From an uncultured Candidatus Entotheonella sp. (GTDB lineage: Bacteria; Tectomicrobia; Entotheonellia; Entotheonellales; Entotheonellaceae): a DNA stretch of 64,000 nt. Of the stretch, positions 1 to 9,715 are shown piece after piece (the first letter of the stretch is position 1; each line of letters opens with the position of its first letter). Made by a program: the position numbers and the translations under genes. The notes under the pieces were generated by a model, which saw only the letters and a program-made list of their open reading frames with translations, was not told where the DNA came from and searched no databases. The stretch is from positions 1,888,001 through 1,952,000 of the forward strand of contig CBDCDA010000001.1 in assembly GCA_965215335.1 (NCBI GenBank). Reading direction: 5' to 3'.

Positions 1-158
1 AGAGACACTTCAAGATGGGTTCACGAGTTGCCAAGTGCGTAACGTCACTTGTTGGCATGGCATCGTGAAAACGACTATCGACGTTCATGAACGAACTGCG
101 ATCGGGCTGTCGAGTGATCGCCGTCGACGCCAAATAACGGACAGGTGGCGGAGGAACC

Positions 159-2066
159 ATGCCAGGCATCCGGCAGAAACGATCGCTGCAGTATGGCCTG
201 TGGCCAAGCCCTGTTGCGCCGCAGAGTCTGGCGGAAGGGTTGCGGCTGTCGGAGGTGGCGTGGGACAGCGACGGGGAGACCCTGGTGTGGCTGGAGGGGC
301 GCTCGGACCGCGGGGTGCTGGTGTGCCTGCCGGCGGGCGAGGAAGCGCCACGGGATTTGACGATGCTGCCCGTGCGGGCGCGGGTCGGCTACGGGGGCGG
401 CGACTTTGGCGTGGCAGGCGGCCATGTCTATTTCAGCGAGGCGAGTGGGCGGCTGTACCGGCAATCCCTGGCCGGCGGGCCTGCGCAGCCGCTGACACCG
501 GCGTTCGGTTACGCCGCGTCACCGACGGTGTCGTCGGACCGGCGCTGGGTGGTCTTCGTTCACACATACGAGGACGTGGATTGCCTGGCGATCGTGGATG
601 CCGATGGTCAGGTGTGGCCGCAGAAATTGGCAGTGGGCGCGGATTTTTACATGCAGCCGTGCTGGCACCCGCGGGGAGACAGGATCTCCTGGGTGGAGTG
701 GAATCATCCGCAGATGCCGTGGGAGGGCTCGCTGCTCAAGATGGCCGCGGTGCAATCCGGCAGCGACGGCGTTCCCCGGCTGGGGGACGTGCAAACGCTG
801 GCCGGAGGCGAAACGACGGCTGTCTTTCAACCCGCATTTTCGCCGGACGGCCGCAGCCTGGCCTACGTGTCCAACGCGACGGGCTGGAGCAATCTCTACC
901 TGTACGACCTGCCTGACGACCGTCATCGCATGCTGACAGCCGATGGCGCCGAGGTGGGGCAACCGGCCTGGCAGCAGGGCACCCGCACGTACGGTTTTTC
1001 GTCCGCTGGCAGCGCGTTGTACTACATGCGCAACGAAGCCGGCTTCAGGCGGCTTTGGCGCTACGACCTGCAACGCGACACGGCAACCGACCAGCACGGC
1101 GGATTGGAGACATACACGTATCTCGAACAACCGGCCCTGTCCCCAACCCGCGACATGCTGGCGTGCATTGCCTCGTCCAGCACGCTGCCGGCGCGTATCG
1201 TCACCCTGCCCCTCGACAATCCCCAAACCGCCCGCATACGCAAGCGCAGCGCCCCGGAAAGCGTTCCCGAGCAGGAATTCTCGCGGCCACGAGCGGTGTC
1301 GTGGCCGACGACCGGCGGCGTAACGGTGCACGGCCTCTTCTATCCACCGAGCAGCATGCGTTTTCAGGGCATCGGCCTGCCGCCCGCGGTCATCTCCATC
1401 CACGGCGGCCCCACTTCGCAGGCGGTGGCCAACTTTCACCCGGCGACGCAGTATTTCACCACGCGCGGTTATGCCGTGTTGCAGGTCAATTACCGCGGCA
1501 GCACGGGCTACGGGCGGGATTACGCCGACGCGCTGCGCGGCACCTGGGGCGTCTACGATGTCGAAGACGCGGCCAGCGGAGCGAGCTATTGCGTCGAACA
1601 GGGATGGGTGGACGGCGACAAACTGGTCATTATGGGTGGCAGCGCCGGGGGTTATACGGTTTTGCAGGCGCTGGTGAGCCGTGCCGGTTTTTTCAAGGCC
1701 GGCATCAGCATGTACGGCATCTCGGACCTGTTCGCCCTGGCGGCCACGACCCACAAGTTCGAGGCGCATTACCTCGACCAGTTGATCGGCCCACTACCGC
1801 AAGCGGCCGGCTTGTATCGCGAACGCTCGCCCCTGTTCGCCGCCGACGCCATTCGCGATCCCGTGGCGGTGTTTCAAGGTGAGATCGATCAGGTGGTGCC
1901 CAAGGCGCAGGCCGATGCCATCGTCGCCTCCATGGTGAGCCGCGGCGTGCCGCACGTTTACCATGTCTACGCCGGCGAGGGGCACGGCTGGCGCAAGACC
2001 GAAACCATCGCACATTTCTACGGGGCGGTAGAGGCCTTTCTCCGCCAGCACGTTCTGTCTACGTGA
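159..2066 (+). CDS. S9 family (prolyl oligopeptidase / acylaminoacyl) peptidase
   Basis: 635-aa ORF with an N-terminal beta-propeller-like region, HGGP, VNYRGSTGYG, nucleophile motif GGSAGG, catalytic D (GEIDQVV) and H (GEGHGW). Confidence 0.93.
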   Translation: MPGIRQKRSLQYGLWPSPVAPQSLAEGLRLSEVAWDSDGETLVWLEGRSDRGVLVCLPAGEEAPRDLTMLPVRARVGYGGGDFGVAGGHVYFSEASGRLYRQSLAGGPAQPLTPAFGYAASPTVSSDRRWVVFVHTYEDVDCLAIVDADGQVWPQKLAVGADFYMQPCWHPRGDRISWVEWNHPQMPWEGSLLKMAAVQSGSDGVPRLGDVQTLAGGETTAVFQPAFSPDGRSLAYVSNATGWSNLYLYDLPDDRHRMLTADGAEVGQPAWQQGTRTYGFSSAGSALYYMRNEAGFRRLWRYDLQRDTATDQHGGLETYTYLEQPALSPTRDMLACIASSSTLPARIVTLPLDNPQTARIRKRSAPESVPEQEFSRPRAVSWPTTGGVTVHGLFYPPSSMRFQGIGLPPAVISIHGGPTSQAVANFHPATQYFTTRGYAVLQVNYRGSTGYGRDYADALRGTWGVYDVEDAASGASYCVEQGWVDGDKLVIMGGSAGGYTVLQALVSRAGFFKAGISMYGISDLFALAATTHKFEAHYLDQLIGPLPQAAGLYRERSPLFAADAIRDPVAVFQGEIDQVVPKAQADAIVASMVSRGVPHVYHVYAGEGHGWRKTETIAHFYGAVEAFLRQHVLST

Positions 2067-2136
2067 GCCACAGCCCGCGGGCCGGGAACCCCCCATGCAC
2101 GGCAGCATCCGCCATTCTCACGACGATTCGGTAGCC

Positions 2137-2922
2137 ATGCCCTTGCAGGACAAACGCGTCCTGGTGACGCGGGCGCAGGCGCAGGCGCACGGTCTTGAAG
2201 CACGACTCCAGGCATTGGGGGCGGTACCGCTGCCGTTCCCAACCATTCGCATTACCCCGCCAAGAGACGGCTACGCGGTGCTGGATGCGGTCTTGCGCGA
2301 ACTGGCGACATTCGACTGGGTGGTGTTCACCAGCGTCAACGGCGTCGATCACGTCTGGCAGCGCCTGGCGGTGATCGGGCTGGACAGCCACATTTTCACG
2401 CGCCTGCAACTGGCCGCTATTGGTCCTGCAACCGCCGCCGAGTTGGCCGCACGAGACCTGCAAAGCGTTGTGGTGCCGGAGCGCTTCGTGGCCGAAGCGC
2501 TGCTGGAGGTGATTCCAGAGCCGTCCGGCAAGCGGTTCCTGCTGCCGCGCGCGGCCCTGGCCCGCGACACGCTGCGCACCGGCCTGCAACACGCCGGCGC
2601 CCAGGTGGTCGAGGTGCCCGCCTACGATACCATCCTGCCTGAACCCTCCTCCGAAATCCTGACCGAACTTGAGGCCGGCGTCGATGTTCTCACCTTCACG
2701 GCGAGCAGCACGGTACGCAATTTCGTCACCCAGCTGGGTCAGGCCCGCGCCCGCTCGCTGGCAAACCAGGCGCAGGTCGCCGTCATCGGCCCGGTGACGG
2801 CTGAGACCGCCCGTGGCCTGGGATTGCGTGTCGACGTGGTGGCTTCCGAGTACACCATCGACGGCCTGGTGGCTGCCCTGGCCAACGCCTGTGGGCCGCG
2901 CCGCCCGGTTGCAGAGGACTGA
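2137..2922 (+). CDS. hemD: uroporphyrinogen-III synthase
   Basis: KRVLVTRA, DWVVFTSVNGV, AIGPATA, AYDT, TFTASSTV and VIGPVTA motifs; start placed at ATG 2137. Confidence 0.92.
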   Translation: MPLQDKRVLVTRAQAQAHGLEARLQALGAVPLPFPTIRITPPRDGYAVLDAVLRELATFDWVVFTSVNGVDHVWQRLAVIGLDSHIFTRLQLAAIGPATAAELAARDLQSVVVPERFVAEALLEVIPEPSGKRFLLPRAALARDTLRTGLQHAGAQVVEVPAYDTILPEPSSEILTELEAGVDVLTFTASSTVRNFVTQLGQARARSLANQAQVAVIGPVTAETARGLGLRVDVVASEYTIDGLVAALANACGPRRPVAED

Positions 2923-3163
2923 TCCCGCCATCCCGGTCGCCGGCGGCGCGAGGCAACGCCAAGCGCGTCCGGTTCCCCCATCCGCAGCGCCTCGATCTCC
3001 CGCAGCCCGAGAGTCGTAGCTGTTGCCTGCCCCTGGAGCACGTTCGCAGCGAGACGACGTGTCATCCGGGGCTTCCCTGTCGTCCCAGCCTACTCTCCCC
3101 CGCTGCGGCAAGGACCGCTTTCGGCACCTAGCCGGGTTGACGGTCGTGCAATCAGCATCTATT

Positions 3164-3177
3164 TTGATTTGGATCAA
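3164..3177. promoter_or_regulatory. FNR/CRP-family operator (TTGAT-N4-ATCAA)
   Basis: Perfect TTGATttggATCAA in the intergenic region about 165 bp upstream of the bacterioferritin gene. Confidence 0.6.
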
Positions 3178-3342
3178 GAAAGGCAAGGTGCGCAAGGTTC
3201 CCACCGGCGCGCTCTGTGGTGAATGCTCGGGATGCGACCCGGGGTCTAGGGAGATTTACGAGTGGCCCTAGTTTCGACACCAGGCTAGCTCACCATCGAA
3301 CGCACGTGACTGGCAATCCGCGTTAGAAAGGAGGAGCCTCAA

Positions 3343-3804
3343 GTGACGCACCATTTCGACAAAGCGGCGGCGGTTGCTCAGCTGAACCGGATTCTGGAGA
3401 TGGAGTTGGCGGGGGTGGTGCGCTACACGCACTACTCCCTGATGGTCTACGGTGCCAACCGCATCCCCATCGTGGCGTGGATGCGCGAGCAGGCGCAGGA
3501 AGCGCTGGTGCACGCCCAGGAAGCCGGCGAGCTCATCACTCACCTGGGCGAGCATCCATCGCTCGCCATCGGACCGCTGCTGGAGACCGAAAAACACGAC
3601 ATCGAAGACATCCTCCGCGAGTCCCTGGAGCACGAGCGCGAAGCCCTGCAAAGCTACCGCAACCTCCTGGCCATCACGGAAGGCGGCCACTCGCCTTACC
3701 TGGAGGAGTACGCGCGACGGCTGATCGTCGAGGAGGAGCGCCATCAAGGCGACGTGGACAAGATGCTGCGCAAGCCCGGGGAGGTGAAAGCGTTCGCATC
3801 ATAA
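3343..3804 (+). CDS. bfr: bacterioferritin / ferritin-like protein
   Basis: LEMELAGVVRY, EALVHA, E..EERH ferroxidase-type residues; GTG start after strong RBS AGGAGG. Confidence 0.85.
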   Translation: MTHHFDKAAAVAQLNRILEMELAGVVRYTHYSLMVYGANRIPIVAWMREQAQEALVHAQEAGELITHLGEHPSLAIGPLLETEKHDIEDILRESLEHEREALQSYRNLLAITEGGHSPYLEEYARRLIVEEERHQGDVDKMLRKPGEVKAFAS

Positions 3805-3902
3805 CCGCGCCAGGCAAGGCGGGAAGTCTGACCGTGAGCGTCAAGGGCATCCGGTCCCCGCATCCTTCCGTCCAGCCGTGTCAGCAGCCCGCCGCGGCCG
3901 GC

Positions 3903-5000
3903 TCAGTCGTCGGGGAGATGGATGACCGAGCGCAGCGTCTCGCCCCGCTCCATGGCCTCGAAGGCGGGTTCCGTCTCGTCCAGCGTGATGACCCGCGTGA
4001 CGGCCCGGTCGAGGTCGAGGTGGCCCCGCCGATACCAGTCCGCCAACATGGGAAAATCGCGCGACGGCAGGCAATCGCCGTACCAGCTCACCCGCAGCGC
4101 ACCGCCCAGGCCGAAGAACTGCTGAATCGGCAGGTCCAGACGCATCGTCGGGTCGGGTACGCCGATGAGCACACACGTGCCGGCGAGGTCGCGCGCCCAC
4201 AGGGCCTGCAGCAGGGTTTCGGGGCGGCCAATTGCTTCGAATGAAAAACCCACGCCGTGGCCGCCCGTCAGTTCCTTGATTGCCGCCACCGGGTCGCCGT
4301 CGCGGGCGTCCACCAGGTCCGTGGCGCCAAACTCGCGGGCCCAATTGAGCTTGTTCTCGGCAATGTCGACAGCGATGATCCTGGCGGCGTGGGCAATCCT
4401 GGCGCCCTGAATGACGCTGGCACCGACGCCGCCACAGCCGAAAACGGCGACGGTGCTGCCACGCCGCACGGACGCCGTGTAGAGCACGGCGCCGATGCCG
4501 GTCATGACGCCGCAACCGATCAGGCAGGCTTGCACCGGCGGGCATTCGGTCGGCACGGGTACGGCCTGCCGAGCGGCTACAACGGTGTGCGTGCAGAACG
4601 TCCCGATGCCCAGCGCCGGGCTCAGGGTGACGCCGTCCGTCGTCCGCATGCGCGGCTCGGCATTGAGGCTGGCGGCGCAAAGGTGCGGCTGGCCGATGGC
4701 GCAGAAACGGCAATTGCCGCAAGGCGCCCGCCAGGCCAGGATGACGTAGTCGCCCGCTGCCGGGGCGGTGACGCCCTCGCCTACGGCCTCGACGATGCCG
4801 GCACCCTCATGACCGAGCAGGTACGGGAAATCGTTGCCGACGCTGCCCAGCTTGTAATGCAGGTCGGTGTGGCACACACCGCTGGCCTGCACGCGAACCA
4901 GCACCTCGCCTGGACCCGGTGGATCGATGAGAATTTCCTCGACGCGTGCCGGTTCTCCGGCGCGACGCGCTACGGCGCCTCGTCCTGTGATGGTCGTCAC
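3903..5000 (-). CDS. Zn-dependent alcohol dehydrogenase, S-(hydroxymethyl)mycothiol dehydrogenase (MscR/AdhE2)-like
   Basis: GVCHTDLH, GHEGAG, structural Zn CGNCRFC...C, GCGGVG; SWYGDCLPSRDFP is typical of the mycothiol-dependent subfamily. Confidence 0.85.
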   Translation of the reverse strand: MTTITGRGAVARRAGEPARVEEILIDPPGPGEVLVRVQASGVCHTDLHYKLGSVGNDFPYLLGHEGAGIVEAVGEGVTAPAAGDYVILAWRAPCGNCRFCAIGQPHLCAASLNAEPRMRTTDGVTLSPALGIGTFCTHTVVAARQAVPVPTECPPVQACLIGCGVMTGIGAVLYTASVRRGSTVAVFGCGGVGASVIQGARIAHAARIIAVDIAENKLNWAREFGATDLVDARDGDPVAAIKELTGGHGVGFSFEAIGRPETLLQALWARDLAGTCVLIGVPDPTMRLDLPIQQFFGLGGALRVSWYGDCLPSRDFPMLADWYRRGHLDLDRAVTRVITLDETEPAFEAMERGETLRSVIHLPDD

Positions 5001-5275
5001 CTCATTCCCTCTCGCTTTCACTCCCGAAGCGCGGCTGTTGTGGGCTGCCGAGGCGTTCGATGGAGCAAGGATTGCTGACTACGACTCACGTTGTCGGGGC
5101 GTGCAGGATATCACACGACACACGGGCGGAGGAAGCGCAAAAACGCCGTTGACAGGTTCCGGTGTGTCTGATTAAAGTCAGGCGCTCAGTGCACGGCATG
5201 GAAAGTCCGGACGCCTGATCAAGATGCCCGAACGATCCTGGCGGAGTCGCGCAACCCGGTGCCGAGGAGACGATC

Positions 5276-5815
5276 ATGTCCGCCGAGAAGTACGCCCTGC
5301 TGGAGGCAAGGATTCGCCAGACAACGAGTCTGGTAGCGCGGCTGCGGGAGGAGAATCAGCAGCTGGTGCAGGAGAACGAGCAACTGTACGGGCGCATCGC
5401 AGAGCTCGAGGAGAAACTCCAGCACGCGCGGCGCCCTGGGACAGAGTCGGCGCCGAATCTCGACCATTTGCTGGCACAACTCGATACGTTGCATCAGGCG
5501 GATTCACCCCGGACAGTCGAGGCGGTGGAAGCGTACGAGCCGGAATCGGCGCCGAACGACCCGGCCGCCGAGGAGCCGCGGACGGAAGGAGATTACTTTC
5601 ATCTTGGCACGGTGTATGAGCGGCGCGGGCAGTTCGAGCCGGCCATTCAGATCTATCAGCAACTGCTGGAAGCGGACAACAACAACCTGGAGGTGGCACA
5701 GCGCCTCGCGTTCCTGCTCGAAAGGCTCAACCGCGACGAGGAGGCCGCCCCGCTATGGGACAGAATCTGGACCATGCGGGCGGGCCGCTCCAACCGGCAG
5801 CGTTGGTCGCGCTGA
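5276..5815 (+). CDS. hypothetical protein: N-terminal ZapB-like coiled coil plus C-terminal TPR
   Basis: Heptad-rich N-terminus (LEARIRQTTSLVARLREENQQL); TPR-like YFHLGTVYERRGQFEPAIQIYQQLL; RBS GAGGAG. Confidence 0.7.
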   Translation: MSAEKYALLEARIRQTTSLVARLREENQQLVQENEQLYGRIAELEEKLQHARRPGTESAPNLDHLLAQLDTLHQADSPRTVEAVEAYEPESAPNDPAAEEPRTEGDYFHLGTVYERRGQFEPAIQIYQQLLEADNNNLEVAQRLAFLLERLNRDEEAAPLWDRIWTMRAGRSNRQRWSR

Positions 5816-5952
5816 CCGCTGCCCCATCCACACTTTGCCGCACCGATTCATTTGTTTTCGACTCGATACCACCCCAAGCACAGCCTTTAAGCGACGCCGT
5901 TCCGAGGCTCCGCCCTCTTGCAAACCCACTGCATGCCTATCGGGAGAACACG

Positions 5953-6690
5953 ATGCCGGTCTGCGTACGTCTTGTGTTGAGCCTTATTGTGTCGGTCTGG
6001 GTGTTGTCCGATTCAGCACCTGTTGCGTTTGCGGGGGTGATCGGATACCCCGCCGCCCGCCAGGAACGGCTGCTGCAGGTGCGTCTTGAGTTGGCTGGCG
6101 ACAGTTTCAGGGAAGACCTGGATGCGAAAGGCGTCATTTCGGCTGGCAGGGAATTCAAGGCTGGTACCGGACGGGGTCTGGTGACCATCGTCGCGGGGCT
6201 GACCGATTGGAGCGAGATATACGCCCGCTTCGGCGGCGGCGAGTTCGAAATCGTCGGGACAGACTTCAACGGTTCATTCGGGCTGGCTTACGGCGGTGGC
6301 CTGCGGCTGCGCCTGCTGCGGTTCGGTTGGGGCGTTATCGGGGTGACGGGCCAATATCTGCGTTTTTCGAGCGACGACGAGGAGGCAGGAGGTGGCGAGG
6401 TCGGCGGCTTGTGGGAGGAATTCGACGCCGCCCTGGGTGTCGGCACGCGGCGGTTCGAGGTGTTTCAGCTATACGGTGGCGTGGCGTATCATCAATCGAG
6501 AATAAAATTTTCGGGTGGCCAGGGCATATTGGAATCGAATTTTGAATCGACTATCCCGGTGCGGGGGTTTGTCGGGGTGAACTTTTATCCGTTGGTCGAT
6601 TTCCCGGCCGGGCAGTTTGTGGTCAACGTGGAGGCCCGATTCATCGGCGAGACCCCGCAGGTCACCTTGGGGCTGCAATACTCCTTCTAG
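5953..6690 (+). CDS. outer-membrane beta-barrel protein
   Basis: Signal peptide, alternating amphipathic strands, C-terminal LGLQYSF beta-signal. Confidence 0.7.
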   Translation: MPVCVRLVLSLIVSVWVLSDSAPVAFAGVIGYPAARQERLLQVRLELAGDSFREDLDAKGVISAGREFKAGTGRGLVTIVAGLTDWSEIYARFGGGEFEIVGTDFNGSFGLAYGGGLRLRLLRFGWGVIGVTGQYLRFSSDDEEAGGGEVGGLWEEFDAALGVGTRRFEVFQLYGGVAYHQSRIKFSGGQGILESNFESTIPVRGFVGVNFYPLVDFPAGQFVVNVEARFIGETPQVTLGLQYSF

Positions 6691-6714
6691 CTGATTGAAG
6701 GGCGCGGGCAGTGC

Positions 6715-7692
6715 TCAGATGTTGTGGCAGGCTACGTAATGTTCGTCACCGCGGTCGAGCAATTCCGGCGCCACCTCACCGCAGATAGCGGTGGCGATGG
6801 GGCATCTGCTGAACAGCCGGCAGCCCGGCGGCGGGTCGACCGGCGTTGCCAGCTCGCCCTGCAGCGTCAGGCGGGGCGGCGGCTTGAGCGGGTCGGCGTG
6901 CGGCACGGCCATGAGCAGGGCGTGCGTATACGGATGCTTGGGGTTTTCGAAGATGGTGTCCACCGTGCCGGTTTCGACGATCTTGCCGACGTACATGACG
7001 GCGACCCGGTCGCTGATGTGGCGGATGACGCTGAGGTCGTGGGCGATGAACAGGTAGGTCAGGTTGAACTCCTCCTGCAACTCCCGAAACAAATTGAGAA
7101 TCTGCGCCTGAATGGAGACGTCCAGGGCCGACACGGGTTCGTCGCCGATGATCAGCTGAGGGTTTACGGCCAAGGCTCTGGCGATGGCGATACGCTGCCG
7201 CTGACCGCCGCTGAATTCGTGCGGATAGCGGTCGGCGTGCTCGACGCCCAGGCCCACCAGACGCAACAGATGCAGCACCTGGCGGCGCTTGGCCGTCCAT
7301 CCCCTGGCGAGATTGTGGACCTCCAGCGGGCGGCTGAGTATCTGCATGACGGTCTTGCGTGGATTCAGAGAACTGTACGGGTCCTGAAAGACCAGTTGAA
7401 CAGTCTTCCTCACGTCCAGCATGCGCTCGGGCGGAAACGACAGCAGATCGTCGTCTTTCAGGTAGATGGAGCCACTGCTCGGCTCAATCAACCGGGTAAT
7501 CAGGCGCGCTGTGGTGGATTTGCCGCAGCCGCTTTCCCCCACTAGGCCGAGCGTTTCACCGGACTTGATGAAGAAGCTGATATCGTCCACGGCCTTCAGG
7601 GTGCGGGTCTTGCCGCCGAGGCGGGAAATCAGGTCGTTATTCAGCGGGAAGTGCTTGGTGAGATTCCTGACTTCCAGAAAATAATCACTCAT
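6715..7692 (-). CDS. oligopeptide/dipeptide ABC transporter ATP-binding protein (OppF/DppF-like)
   Basis: GESGCGKST, FSGGQRQR, DEPVSALD, C-terminal HPYT/Cys domain. Confidence 0.93.
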   Translation of the reverse strand: MSDYFLEVRNLTKHFPLNNDLISRLGGKTRTLKAVDDISFFIKSGETLGLVGESGCGKSTTARLITRLIEPSSGSIYLKDDDLLSFPPERMLDVRKTVQLVFQDPYSSLNPRKTVMQILSRPLEVHNLARGWTAKRRQVLHLLRLVGLGVEHADRYPHEFSGGQRQRIAIARALAVNPQLIIGDEPVSALDVSIQAQILNLFRELQEEFNLTYLFIAHDLSVIRHISDRVAVMYVGKIVETGTVDTIFENPKHPYTHALLMAVPHADPLKPPPRLTLQGELATPVDPPPGCRLFSRCPIATAICGEVAPELLDRGDEHYVACHNI

Positions 7693-7717
7693 TGGCGGCC
7701 CGTTTCCCCGTTCCGAC

Positions 7718-8686
7718 TCATGGATGCAGATGACAGGCCACGAAGTGCCCGGGAGCCACCTCTTTGAGCGGCGGCACTTCCTGGCTGCAAACGTCCATGG
7801 CGTGCTCACAGCGCGGGTTGAACTTGCAGCCCGGCGGCGGCTCCAGCATGTTGCACACCAGGCCCTTGATCGGCGTCAGGAATTTCGCCTGCGTGTCGAG
7901 GCGCGGAATGGAATTCAGCAGGCCCTGCGTGTAGGGGTGCAGCGGCTTGGCGAAAATCTCGTTCTTGGCACCAAGCTCGACGAGGTGCGAGGCATACATG
8001 ACGCCGATGCTGTCGCAGGTGTGAGCGACGACGCCCAGGTTGTGCGTGATGAAAATCAGCGACATGTGAAAACGTTCGGTCATGCTTTGGATGAGGTCGA
8101 GGATGGTGGCCTGGATGGTCACGTCGAGAGCGGTGGTGGGCTCGTCGGCAATCAGGAAAGAGGGGTCGCAACTGAGGGCCATGGCCAGCATGACCCGCTG
8201 ACGCATGCCGCCGCTGAACTCGTGCACGTAATTGCCGTAGCGCGACTCGGGCGAAGGGATGCCGACCAGGTTCAGGAGCTCGACGACGCGCTCCTTGGCC
8301 TCCTTGTTGCTCATGCCGAGGTTGGTTCGCAGGGCGTCGGAGATCTGACTGCCAACGGTGAAAACGGGGTTCAGGGCGCTCATCGGCTCCTGGAAGACCA
8401 TGGCGATATTCCTGCCGCGCAGTCCACGCATTTCGGCTTCCGATTTGTCCAGCACGTTGTCGCCGTCGAACAGGATGCGGCCTCGAAAAATCTCGCCGGG
8501 CGGGATGGGGAGGAGGCGCATGACGGCGCGCGCCGTGACCGTCTTGCCGGAACCGGATTCGCCGACCAGTCCGAAGGTCTCGCTGCGGTTCACTGTCAGG
8601 GAGACACGATCAACAGCCGTCAGCCTGCCGCGTTTGAGATGAAAACGGACGCCGAGGTCTTCAATTTGCAGGACAGGGTCGGCCAT
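7718..8686 (-). CDS. oligopeptide/dipeptide ABC transporter ATP-binding protein (OppD/DppD-like)
   Basis: [28 protein letters not shown]...GCKFNPRC. Confidence 0.93.
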   Translation of the reverse strand: MADPVLQIEDLGVRFHLKRGRLTAVDRVSLTVNRSETFGLVGESGSGKTVTARAVMRLLPIPPGEIFRGRILFDGDNVLDKSEAEMRGLRGRNIAMVFQEPMSALNPVFTVGSQISDALRTNLGMSNKEAKERVVELLNLVGIPSPESRYGNYVHEFSGGMRQRVMLAMALSCDPSFLIADEPTTALDVTIQATILDLIQSMTERFHMSLIFITHNLGVVAHTCDSIGVMYASHLVELGAKNEIFAKPLHPYTQGLLNSIPRLDTQAKFLTPIKGLVCNMLEPPPGCKFNPRCEHAMDVCSQEVPPLKEVAPGHFVACHLHP

Positions 8687-9030
8687 GCTGTCGTCATCCG
8701 GATGCGGTAGGTTTATGCGATGTCAGGCTGCAAATACACCCCTGAACCAAGGCGGTCATCACGGCAAGTGGGTGCTGACCTTATGCGCAACGGGTCTGGG
8801 TGTCAAGCCCAAAGGACGCCGCGCAAAGCCTGCCTGCCCGTTGCGGGGCGGCAATTGAGAATTGGCCATTGCTGGTCTACAATGCCCGCCGATTTCGGGC
8901 CATGAACCATACGATGGAGGGATGCCGTGCAAGGGCGATGGCCGTCGGGTAAGCGGTGCGTGGTGGGATTGAGCTTCGATTTCGATGTCGGGACGATCTG
9001 GTTTCGCACCCTGCGCCAGCCCTTTCCCGG

Positions 9031-9201
9031 CCCGCTGTCGCGTGGCTGGCAAACCAGCTCGCCGAGTTCGATCTGGCGATCGGGGAGGGCGACATGGTGC
9101 TCGCCGGTGCCCTGACCGGCGCCGTGCGCATGGCGTCCGGCGATGTGCTGAAGGCGACGTTCGGCGGCGGCCTGGGACCGGTTGGCGTGCGTTTTGCGTA
9201 G
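9031..9201 (+). pseudogene. C-terminal remnant of a 2-keto-4-pentenoate hydratase (FAH family)
   Basis: AVAWLANQLAEFDLAIGEGDMVLAGALTGAVRM...GLGPVGVRF matches the MhpD C-terminus; the N-terminal three quarters are missing. Confidence 0.75.
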
Positions 9202-9232
9202 GCGACTCCGAGCGCAACCAGGGAAGCGCCTC

Positions 9233-9697
9233 ATGATGGCATCAAGCAATTTTGTTGCATTGCTGCACGAACACCGTGTCGGCCATTTGGCGACGGCCGA
9301 CAAGCTTGGCGCCCCGCACATGGTGCCGGTGTGCTTCGCCTATGACGGACGGGCCGTCTATTCGGCCATCGACCACAAACCCAAGCGCCGTACCGGCTAC
9401 GGCATGAAGCGCATCCGCAACATCGTCGAGAATCCTCGCGTGGCGTTTCTGGTGCACCATTACGAGGAAGACTGGCGGCAGCTTTATTACGTGATGATGC
9501 GCGGGGCGGCGGCGATCTTGGAGGATGGCGCCGAGCGCAGCCACGCTGTCGCGCTGCTCGAGGAAAAATACGCCCAGTATCGTGAGCGCCACCTGAGCAA
9601 CAGTGACGGGTTGGTGATCAAAATCGTGCCGGAGCGTATCACGCAATGGGGTGAATCGTTGACACGGTCCACGGGCAGCATGGCTGAAGACCCCTGA
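9233..9697 (+). CDS. PPOX-class (split beta-barrel) probable F420-dependent oxidoreductase, Rv0121-like
   Basis: HLATAD..GAPHMVPVCFA, AIDHKPK, RIRNIVENPRV..LVHHYEEDW. Confidence 0.85.
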   Translation: MMASSNFVALLHEHRVGHLATADKLGAPHMVPVCFAYDGRAVYSAIDHKPKRRTGYGMKRIRNIVENPRVAFLVHHYEEDWRQLYYVMMRGAAAILEDGAERSHAVALLEEKYAQYRERHLSNSDGLVIKIVPERITQWGESLTRSTGSMAEDP

Positions 9698-9715
9698 CAC
9701 GGAAGGTCATGACGG

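Noticed and set aside
2923..3342. Structured RNA between hemD and bfr (CTAGGG...CCCTAG stem near 3246-3271)
   Set aside because: Only a short stem is present, with no match to an RNA family I recognise.
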